This document shows, one piece after another, positions 1 to 7,250 of a DNA stretch of 10,360 nucleotides; the stretch's first letter is position 1, and each line of letters begins with the position of its first letter. Under the pieces are notes generated by a model. It worked only from the letters and a program-made list of their open reading frames with translations, was not told the DNA's origin and ran no database searches. The position numbers and the translations under genes were made by a program. This DNA is from Vulcanimicrobiaceae bacterium (lineage in GTDB: Bacteria > Vulcanimicrobiota > Vulcanimicrobiia > Vulcanimicrobiales > Vulcanimicrobiaceae), in NCBI GenBank assembly GCA_046262595.1, contig JBHEMM010000059.1, positions 1 through 10,360 of the forward strand, in the 5' to 3' direction.

Positions 1-1677
1 ACGCTGGGCGGTGACGAGTTCGCGGTGCTGCTTCCCGACCTGGTCGACGGTGACTCGGCGCGTGCGGTGGCCGGCCGGATCACCGATGCCGTCAGGGCGC
101 CGATCCGGCTCGACGGCGTGCCGCTCGCACTCGAGCTGGCCGCTGCGCGCGGGATGTCGATGTCGCTCGCAGACCTTCTGGCAAGCCTGCGAAATCATCT
201 CGAGGCGCTGACCGAAGGTTTGCGCGTTGGGGTTCCGCGGCATCGCTCAGCGCGCGCTCTCATCGACTGGAGTTTCGAGCTGCTGACCGATGAAGAGCGG
301 CAGGTCTTCGTGCGACTCGCAGCTTTCATGGGATCATTCGATGCGATCGCGGTTATCGCGACCTGCGTGGACATTTCGACGGCACGTGCCGTCTCGGACA
401 TCCTTGCGGGACTTGTGCGCAAATCGCTCTTGATCGCTGATACCTCGGGCGCGGTCACACGGTTCCGCATGCTCGAAACGGTTCGTCAATACGGCGCAGC
501 AAAGCTCGCCGAAAGCAGTGATGCCGGCAGCGCTAAGCAACGACACGCGCTGTATTATTACGACATCGCCCTTCGTGTGGCGCTCGCTCACGGCACGGAC
601 CACCAAGACCTTGCGCTGCGCAATCTTCAACCGGACATACCGAATTTACGGGAAGCGCTCGAATGGTCCACGAGCGCCAGCCACAACGTCTATCTTGCAG
701 CCGCGATCGCTGCCCAGCTGGTAGAGGTGTGGGAAGCGCGCGGTGAGTTCGTCGAGGCGGAACACTGGCTACGCCGCTCGTTGGAATCCGAGACCGAGTT
801 GCTGACGCTCCTTACCCGGGCAAAGCTTCACGAGGGTCTTGCCCTTGTAACGTATCGGCGTGGACGGCTTGCCGAAACCGTGAGCGAGGCGACACGTGCG
901 TTAGAAAGTTACGCGCTCCTTGACGATGCGTGCGGAAAACTGCGCGCGCGCGCTCTCTTGGGATTAGCTGCGATGGGTGCTGCGCATATCGACACTGCGC
1001 GAGATCAGTTCGAGGCGAACTTGACCGAAGGCCGTGCGACGAACGATCTTCGTGCGATCAGCGCCTCGCTCAACAATCTGGGCCGGGTGTTCGCGGAGCA
1101 CGAAGGCCGCTTCGATGCGGCGATGCCGCTCTTCGTCGAAAGTCTCGAAGCTGCTTGGGAAACACGATCGCTTTCACAAGTGTTGACCGCGCTGACGAAT
1201 CTGTCGGATTGCGCGTTGGGCTTAAAGCAGCACGCTGCCGGGCTGACATACGCGCGTCTCGGGATAGCTGAGGCGCACAAGCTCGGTAATCGCGAGGCCA
1301 CGGCAGATCTGGCCTTGCAAGCAGTCGCGCACCTTCTTCGTAGCGACGGCCTGGCAATTGCGCAAGACGATGCCTTTGCCGCTTGGCAAGCCGTCGGCAA
1401 CGTGCCGTTTCGACCGCTGATTGCCGATCGTTTGGATGCCGTCGGACTCGCTTTGCACGCCGCGGGGCAGCCGCGCCGCGCGGCGGTTCTGCTCGGCGCG
1501 ACCGATGCCTTTCGGCGCCGCGGCGAGGTACTTGCAAGTTTTCTTTCCGACGAACGGCGCCGTGTCACGCGAAAGAACATCAGTGAGACCCTCGCGCCCG
1601 GCGAAGGTGAAGCTCTCTATGCGCGGGGCGCGTCGCTTGGGTTGCAGGAAGCGTTTCGAGAGGCACTACTCGACTAG
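1..1677 (+). CDS. 5'-truncated STAND/NB-ARC-like ATPase with winged-helix and TPR repeats (COG3903-like regulator); first ~40 codons are GGDEF-like
   Basis: Frame 1 is open from base 1 to TAG at 1675-1677. It carries motifs typical of this family: RLDGVPLALELAAAR, PRHRSARALIDWSFELL, LVRKSLL, RFRMLETVRQYG and NLREALEW, followed by TPR-like helices (ASLNNLGRV, ALTNLSDCAL). It ends without a LuxR HTH. The start lies outside the window. Confidence 0.85.
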   Translation, partial: TLGGDEFAVLLPDLVDGDSARAVAGRITDAVRAPIRLDGVPLALELAAARGMSMSLADLLASLRNHLEALTEGLRVGVPRHRSARALIDWSFELLTDEERQVFVRLAAFMGSFDAIAVIATCVDISTARAVSDILAGLVRKSLLIADTSGAVTRFRMLETVRQYGAAKLAESSDAGSAKQRHALYYYDIALRVALAHGTDHQDLALRNLQPDIPNLREALEWSTSASHNVYLAAAIAAQLVEVWEARGEFVEAEHWLRRSLESETELLTLLTRAKLHEGLALVTYRRGRLAETVSEATRALESYALLDDACGKLRARALLGLAAMGAAHIDTARDQFEANLTEGRATNDLRAISASLNNLGRVFAEHEGRFDAAMPLFVESLEAAWETRSLSQVLTALTNLSDCALGLKQHAAGLTYARLGIAEAHKLGNREATADLALQAVAHLLRSDGLAIAQDDAFAAWQAVGNVPFRPLIADRLDAVGLALHAAGQPRRAAVLLGATDAFRRRGEVLASFLSDERRRVTRKNISETLAPGEGEALYARGASLGLQEAFREALLD

Positions 1678-1809
1678 TGCTGAGAGCGAGCCGCGCGCGA
1701 CGCGCGCCAAAGCGGACGCCCGAATTGTCCGAAATGTCCTTGTCCGGATCGCGGGCTCTTCGTAAGCTCGAGATCGAGCCGCCGCATTGCTCGCGCGAAG
1801 TCCGCAGGC

Positions 1810-1993
1810 GACCCCTTAGTGTTTAAAAGGCGATTCTGGGATAGAGAATAAGACATCTTTCGACCGTTCGGCTACGTGCTGCATTGCGGCGCTGCGTGGA
1901 CCGTGCAATCCACGCGTCTGTTGTGACCGTTAGGTTTTAAAAGGTCCGCTCCGCTCGCCGCCGGAGAAATCCACACAGCCGCTGCGACCGTTA
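1810..1993. repeat. Imperfect direct repeats / candidate operator sites upstream of the operon
   Basis: GACCCCTTAGTGTTTAAAAGG (1810-1830) resembles GACCGTTAGGTTTTAAAAGG (1925-1944). GACCGTT occurs at 1862, 1925 and 1986. Confidence 0.4.
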
Positions 1994-2129
1994 CGTTACC
2001 AGGAAACTCGTCCGCGGCGCGACGTGGGTTTTGTGCACGATGCGCTCGCGCGCTTTTCTACATTCGTGGTTGCATCAGCCGACCATACCAACCGCAATGC
2101 CGCCCTCGAGCGGCGCGTCTCGTTTATCT

Positions 2130-2135
2130 AGGAGA
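2130..2135 (+). promoter_or_regulatory. Shine-Dalgarno site for the first operon gene
   Basis: AGGAGA lies 6 nt upstream of ATG 2142. Confidence 0.8.
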
Positions 2136-2141
2136 AACTGC

Positions 2142-2924
2142 ATGAAATATCGTTCAGGCGCGCTGGGCGGAATCGTCGCTTTGGCGTTGGCCGTTTCGGC
2201 AATTGCCTATACTGCGCTGCCCGTGCGCAGTTCCGACCACCAAGATTCGCCGTTGACGGTAGCGCGACCGGCAGCCGACATCACCGACGTCTACGTTTTT
2301 CCAGCCGCCGACCCATCGAAGGTCGTGCTGGAGATGAACGTCGACACGTCTCTTACGCCCGGCGCGAATTTGGCCGCACTGGATCCGGCCGTCCTGTACC
2401 AATTCAAAATCGCGCACGGCAAAGCGGGCGCCGAGGACATGGTTATCCAGTTGTTGCCGCAAGGCACCGGCGCGTCACAAACAATCAACGTCTACGGTCC
2501 TTTCACGCCGGCCAATACCGGAACGGTAAGTTCCGACGGCCCGTTCATGGGCAACGTTCCGTTTAACCAACCGGCAGGTACCGTGCTGGCGAATGGTCTG
2601 AAAGTTTTCGTCGGGCCGCGCGCTGATCCGTTTTTCTTCGATCTCGCGCAGTTCATCAAGATCATTCCCGATCGCGATTACAAGCAACAGCCGTCTCCGC
2701 CGCCACCGTTGGTGCAGGCGACCGGCTTCCGCGGTTTCTCCGCTGCATTCAACGCCGCGAACGGGACCAGTTGCGACACCTCGCCCGCCGTCGACGCGCT
2801 ATCCGCGAACAAGGCAAACGTGGTCGCGATCGTGATCGAAGCGCCGCGGAGCTTGATCGCTCCGAGCACGGGTTCGCAAATCATCAACCTCTGGGCAACG
2901 ACGTCCACGCAGTCGGGAAGCTAA
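2142..2924 (+). CDS. Secreted DUF4331-like protein, N-terminal half only (260 aa)
   Basis: Start reassigned from 2031 to ATG 2142 because of the SD and the signal peptide MKYRSGALGGIVALALAVSAIAYTALPVRS. DUF4331-type motifs: SDHQDSP..ADITDVYVF, FVGPRADPFFFDL, NVVAIVIE, INLWATTS. Confidence 0.85.
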   Translation: MKYRSGALGGIVALALAVSAIAYTALPVRSSDHQDSPLTVARPAADITDVYVFPAADPSKVVLEMNVDTSLTPGANLAALDPAVLYQFKIAHGKAGAEDMVIQLLPQGTGASQTINVYGPFTPANTGTVSSDGPFMGNVPFNQPAGTVLANGLKVFVGPRADPFFFDLAQFIKIIPDRDYKQQPSPPPPLVQATGFRGFSAAFNAANGTSCDTSPAVDALSANKANVVAIVIEAPRSLIAPSTGSQIINLWATTSTQSGS

Positions 2925-2934
2925 GGAGCACATC

Positions 2935-3531
2935 ATGCGACGAACATTCATTACCGGCGTTTCCTCGATCTGCGCGCTCCTGCTCGGAGCGGCCGGCTGC
3001 GGCGGCACGACCAACTCCCCGGTCACCGTTCCAGGCGGCGGTGCAAGCACCGCCGGATACGTTCAAGTCGAGCGTCTCGCACGTCCCGCCATCAAAGAGG
3101 CGACCGAAAACTTCGCGAACCATGACGCGACGAACCGGGTGTCACCGACCAACGATACCGTGCTCGCGACGTCGATTCACGATTTCGCGAGATTCGTCGG
3201 ACGCGATGAAGCGCACGCGACGACGCTGGTGAAGGTTTTGATTCCCGACGAAATGTCGGCCGATCTCTCGAAGGCTGATGCCGCGGGCTACCTCGGAATT
3301 GAAACCGGCGGCGCTGCCGGCCCGATCAAGAGCAGCTTCGGTGGGCGCGGTCTCACCAACGACGCGGTCGACACGGACCTATACGCGGTCTTCGGCACGG
3401 CGCTCAGCGATCTCAAGCTCGTCGCGCCGGATAACGCGCAACTCCCATGCTTGACCACGGACAACGTGAACGCGCCGGGACCCGGCAATAACATCACCGC
3501 GACGTTCCCCTACGTCGGAACTCCGCGGTAA
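2935..3531 (+). CDS. Lipoprotein carrying the C-terminal half of a DUF4331-like protein (198 aa)
   Basis: SD AAGGAG (2923-2928) overlaps the upstream stop. Lipobox-like LGAAG-C with Cys22 at 2998-3000, then a G/T/P linker. Motifs QVERLARPAIKE, FGGRGLTND and TFPYVGTPR match the C-half of 4921..6279. Confidence 0.85.
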   Translation: MRRTFITGVSSICALLLGAAGCGGTTNSPVTVPGGGASTAGYVQVERLARPAIKEATENFANHDATNRVSPTNDTVLATSIHDFARFVGRDEAHATTLVKVLIPDEMSADLSKADAAGYLGIETGGAAGPIKSSFGGRGLTNDAVDTDLYAVFGTALSDLKLVAPDNAQLPCLTTDNVNAPGPGNNITATFPYVGTPR

Positions 3532-3534
3532 CTT

Positions 3535-4860
3535 CTGAACACGCGGACGCTGTGGCTCGTTGCCGCGAGTGCGATCGTCGCACTCGCGGCATGGCCGTTT
3601 TGGGTGAGCGCCCGGACGGCGTCCGTCAGCGGGACCGATCCAATCGCGCGGATGACGCCGGCGCCGGTAAAGCCCGACTACCGATTCCGCGACAAGACCA
3701 TCACCTTTTTAGAATCACGGTACAAGAAAGATTCCGTCGACATGATTACGCCGCGGATGCTTGCGGGTGAGTATCTGCAGCGCTACCGGGAGCACGGCGA
3801 CATCGGCGACGTCCTTCGAGCCGAGGCCGCCGCGAAAACATCACTCGCGGCATTTCCGCGCTACGTTCCAGCCGACTTAACGTTAGCGGGCGTCGAGGTC
3901 ACGCTCCACCGGTTCCGCGAAGCCAAGGGGTTGATTCGTAGCGCTTCGCTTGGCCGAGCAGGCGACCCGAGCATCGCGCTGGATGAGGCTTCAGTCGATC
4001 TCGAACTCGGCGCCTACGATGAAGCGCGCAAGCTCATCGAAGCAACCCGTGGGAAAGCGCCGATTGCCTCGGACGTCGTCATCGCACGCTGGGATGAGAT
4101 TTCCGGCGATTTACGCGAGGCCGAGCCGTTGCTCGAGCGCGCGATGCGCTACGCCGACAGCATCTACGACGTTCCCGCGGAGCGCCGCGCCTGGTATCAC
4201 TTCCGGCTCGGCGAACTTCGTTACCTGCGCGGCGACAACGAGGGCGCGCTGGCTGCCGAGCGGGACGCACTCACGATCTATCCAGACGATCTCAATGCGT
4301 TGCAGGCACTCGCCCGCATTGCGCTCGCGAACAAAGCATACGACGTCGCTGAAGACGCCGCCAAGCGCAGTGTCGCGATCGTTCCGTCGCCCGAGACGCT
4401 GGGAATCCTCGCCGATGCCCAAGAGCATTTCGGAAGAACCGCGGAAGCCGCTGCGTCGCGGGCCGAAATCGACGCCGTCGAGAAGATCGGCAACGCGCAA
4501 CACGTCAACGATCGCCTTATCGCCGTGTACCTCGCGGACCACGGCGTTCGCGTCGACGACGCTTACGCGATAGCGAAGCGCGAACTTGCCCTGCGGCGCG
4601 ATGTCTACGCCGAGGATACGCTCGCATGGTGTGCGGCGAAGGCGGGCCATTGGAACGAAGCGCGCATCGCAGCGCGCAAAGCGCTGCGTTTTGACACAGA
4701 GGATCCGCGTATTCAGTACCACGCGGGCGTCATCGCGCAACAGGCGGGCGACACGAGTGAAGCGCGTAAGCGCTACGAACGTGCGCTTGCGCTCAATCCT
4801 CGTTTCTCCGCGACGGGCGCTGATGACGCCCGCGCGCGCCTCGAAGCAATCCAAAAGTAA
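3535..4860 (+). CDS. Signal-anchored/periplasmic tetratricopeptide repeat protein (441 aa if CTG start)
   Basis: Multiple TPR-like repeats (AWYHFRLGELRYLRGDNEGA, DTLAWCAAKAGHWNEA, IQYHAGVIAQQAGDTSEARKRYERALALNPRF). The frame stays open upstream of GTG 3604 and encodes a hydrophobic signal (NTRTLWLVAASAIVALAAWPFW) beginning at CTG 3535. The start codon is uncertain. Confidence 0.85.
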   Translation: MNTRTLWLVAASAIVALAAWPFWVSARTASVSGTDPIARMTPAPVKPDYRFRDKTITFLESRYKKDSVDMITPRMLAGEYLQRYREHGDIGDVLRAEAAAKTSLAAFPRYVPADLTLAGVEVTLHRFREAKGLIRSASLGRAGDPSIALDEASVDLELGAYDEARKLIEATRGKAPIASDVVIARWDEISGDLREAEPLLERAMRYADSIYDVPAERRAWYHFRLGELRYLRGDNEGALAAERDALTIYPDDLNALQALARIALANKAYDVAEDAAKRSVAIVPSPETLGILADAQEHFGRTAEAAASRAEIDAVEKIGNAQHVNDRLIAVYLADHGVRVDDAYAIAKRELALRRDVYAEDTLAWCAAKAGHWNEARIAARKALRFDTEDPRIQYHAGVIAQQAGDTSEARKRYERALALNPRFSATGADDARARLEAIQK

Positions 4861-4920
4861 CGCTTCGCCGTCTAGATATACGGCCCGCTTGCCGCCGTCA
4901 CGGCGTATCAGGAGTTTTGT

Positions 4921-6279
4921 TTGCAGAAGTTCTTCTCATTGCTTGCAGCAGCCGTCGCAACGTTTGCGGTCGCGCTGACGCTTGGCCTGTACGGCAATGC
5001 TCATGCGCGAGCGTCGGATCATCAGGATTCGCCGCTCACCGTCAGCCGGCCCGGGGCGGATATTACGGACGTGTTTGTTTTCCCGGCCGCCGATCCGAAC
5101 AAAGTGGTTCTCGCCATGGATGTTTGGCCGCTGATACCGTCGGGGCTCGGGGCCTCGACGTTCTTCGATCCCGGCGTCATGTATCAATTCAAGATCGCGC
5201 ATGGCCAAGTGCCGGTCGAAGATCAGGTCATCCAGTTCAAAGCCAACGCGGCCGGCGTTAATCAGCAGATACAGATGTTCGGCCCCGCGCGCCCGGCGCT
5301 AACCGGCACAAGTGCGACCTTCGTCAAGCCGTTTGGCGCGATCCCGTACAACAAGGTCACCGATCTCGGTGGCGGCGTTACAGTGTTTGCGGGACCGCGC
5401 GAAGACCCGTTCTATTTCGACTTGGCGCAATTCTTTCGCATCATTCCGGACCGCAATTGGGCAAATCAGCCGAATGCGCCCGCGAACACGGCGACGTGCT
5501 TCCGTAAAGATGCGAAGGACTTTCTCGCCGGATACAACGTTCTCTCGCTCGTCGTCGAGATGCCGCGTTCGATGTTGGCGGATCAAGACGGTCATCTCGA
5601 GCGCATCAACGTTTGGGCGACGACCTCACTGCGGACAACCGATCCTGACGTTGCGCGCGACGCACCGCTGGCGTCGCTGAGTACGATGCTGCAAAACTTC
5701 AACTCGAAGATCGGCGCGGCGAACACGGATGCGTCGGGAACGTGGACGCAAATCGAACGGCTCGCCCGACCGGCGGTCAAAGAGGCGACTGAGTCGTTCC
5801 GCAACCACGATACGACGAATCGCAGCACGCCGTACGACGATGCGGTGCTTGCAAAATCGGTCAAAGAATTCATGATTCACAGCGCGGGGCGCTCGGAGGC
5901 CGTCGCGGATGCCGCCGTCAAGGTGCTGATCCCCGACGAGATCGAGGCAGACTTGAGCGCGCACGGTCCGGCGCGTTATCTGGCCGTCGAAACGAACGGA
6001 AAATCGGGGCTGCCGATCCCCGTCGTGCGGCTCGTGCCGCCGAACGGCATCCGGGGCATCAAGCTCGCACTCGGCGATCCGTATCGTCACTTCGGCGGGC
6101 GCGACCCGCGCAGTCCCGCGATCGATCTTTCGCTGGGAGCGATCTTCGGTAGCCTCATTCCAAAACTCGGACTCGCTCCAGACGATAATCGCGAAACGCC
6201 GTGTCTCGAGAGCGACTACACCACACCCGCGGAGAAGCACCCCTTGCCTACATTCCCGTACATCGGTGATCCGCGATGA
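4921..6279 (+). CDS. Secreted full-length DUF4331-like protein (452 aa), fused paralog of 2142..2924 plus 2935..3531
   Basis: SD AGGAG (4910-4914), TTG start, signal peptide ending AHARA. Motifs: SDHQDSP..ADITDVFVF, FAGPREDPFYFDL, INVWATTS, QIERLARPAVKE, TFPYIGDPR. Confidence 0.88.
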   Translation: MQKFFSLLAAAVATFAVALTLGLYGNAHARASDHQDSPLTVSRPGADITDVFVFPAADPNKVVLAMDVWPLIPSGLGASTFFDPGVMYQFKIAHGQVPVEDQVIQFKANAAGVNQQIQMFGPARPALTGTSATFVKPFGAIPYNKVTDLGGGVTVFAGPREDPFYFDLAQFFRIIPDRNWANQPNAPANTATCFRKDAKDFLAGYNVLSLVVEMPRSMLADQDGHLERINVWATTSLRTTDPDVARDAPLASLSTMLQNFNSKIGAANTDASGTWTQIERLARPAVKEATESFRNHDTTNRSTPYDDAVLAKSVKEFMIHSAGRSEAVADAAVKVLIPDEIEADLSAHGPARYLAVETNGKSGLPIPVVRLVPPNGIRGIKLALGDPYRHFGGRDPRSPAIDLSLGAIFGSLIPKLGLAPDDNRETPCLESDYTTPAEKHPLPTFPYIGDPR

Positions 6280-7205
6280 TGGTCGCCACCGTATTGCTCG
6301 CAGCGCTCGCCGTCGCGCAGCCGTCACCGTCGCCCGGAACGGCAATGACTCCCAAGCCGACCACCACGATGACGGCATCGCCGGCGCCGGCCGGGTCCGC
6401 ACAGCCGACCGTAAGGCGGCCGCTCGGCCCCGCCGCGGCGCCGGTTCCCGGCTCGCAAGCGTCCGGTCCCGCGATCGCCCCGGGGGATTCCGGCAACGGC
6501 TTTACGGCTTCCGGACCCCTCGGCCCGCAACGGAATCCGGGCAAAGCCGTCCCGCATTATCTTCATTACGTCGCGGCGGACGCGATTGCTCCGCCGCTCG
6601 TCTACAACGAATTCTCGCCGGGCAACAAGGGCAGCAACGGCCGTTCGTACGCGGCACGCGCAGCCGTCGAGTTTCCGCTCGCAAACATCGGCTTGATGGC
6701 CGGCGTCGATGGACGCCGTTATGTTTACCCGACGAATGGATCGATCGTGTCGGGTATCGCCGGAACCGGCCGGTTCTTTTTTCCGGCACAATCGCTCAGC
6801 GAGTCCGACATCGACGGCCGAGTGGCTGTGAAGCTGATCGATCCGCGCATTTACGCCGGGGTCTCGTATCTCTCCGTTAATAACAATTACACGTTTCCGC
6901 GCTTACGCGGGATCGGCTACGGGATCGAGAAGCTGCCCGACCTCGACCAGAACTTTTCGCTGCACGGCAGCGCGTTCTATTATCCAAACGTCGGCGGTAA
7001 TTATACCGTGACCGGTGCCGGCTCAGGCCAACGGACTCTCTCGTATCGCGTGCTCAAGTACGCGTTCGGCGCCTCCTTTCAACTGCAGCACACGCCCTTG
7101 TTCGTCGACGCAGGGTATCTCGGCGACCGCGGCCGCCCGCGCACGAACGCCCCGATCCAGTACCAACACCAAGGTCCCTATGCCGGCTTCGGCCTGCACT
7201 TCTAA
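6276..7205 (+). CDS. Putative outer-membrane beta-barrel protein with a Pro/Thr/Ala-rich N-terminal extension (309 aa)
   Basis: ATGA overlap with the upstream stop. Short signal peptide, low-complexity P/T/A/G segment, then alternating amphipathic Tyr/Gly-rich strands and a terminal GPYAGFGLHF (C-terminal Phe, BAM-signal-like). Confidence 0.7.
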   Translation: MMVATVLLAALAVAQPSPSPGTAMTPKPTTTMTASPAPAGSAQPTVRRPLGPAAAPVPGSQASGPAIAPGDSGNGFTASGPLGPQRNPGKAVPHYLHYVAADAIAPPLVYNEFSPGNKGSNGRSYAARAAVEFPLANIGLMAGVDGRRYVYPTNGSIVSGIAGTGRFFFPAQSLSESDIDGRVAVKLIDPRIYAGVSYLSVNNNYTFPRLRGIGYGIEKLPDLDQNFSLHGSAFYYPNVGGNYTVTGAGSGQRTLSYRVLKYAFGASFQLQHTPLFVDAGYLGDRGRPRTNAPIQYQHQGPYAGFGLHF

Positions 7206-7250
7206 TCGCGCTTGGCTGGTGACGTGATGTTCGTCGCAGGAAGTTCCCGC

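Noticed and set aside
1..1677. STAND/TPR protein as an Avs-like anti-phage system
   Set aside because: The motifs fit the common COG3903-like regulator family, with no effector domain or defence context visible.
1692..1747. Possible terminator after the STAND gene (CGCGCG-cga-CGCGCG) and TGTCC triplet
   Set aside because: There is no U-tract, the stem is low-complexity CG alternation, and the repeats are too short to support a call.
1810..2090. Degenerate CRISPR array suggested by the ~62-nt periodic GACCGTT
   Set aside because: Shared sequence is only 7-8 nt in most copies, there is no 23-47-nt conserved repeat, and no cas genes are present.
2031..2141. N-terminal extension of the first DUF4331 ORF
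   Set aside because: ATG 2142 has a strong SD and begins a signal peptide; the extension has no protein-like features.
1678..2141. NiCo or cobalamin riboswitch upstream of the operon
   Set aside because: I could not identify the conserved cores of either by eye; an Rfam scan would be needed to exclude them formally.
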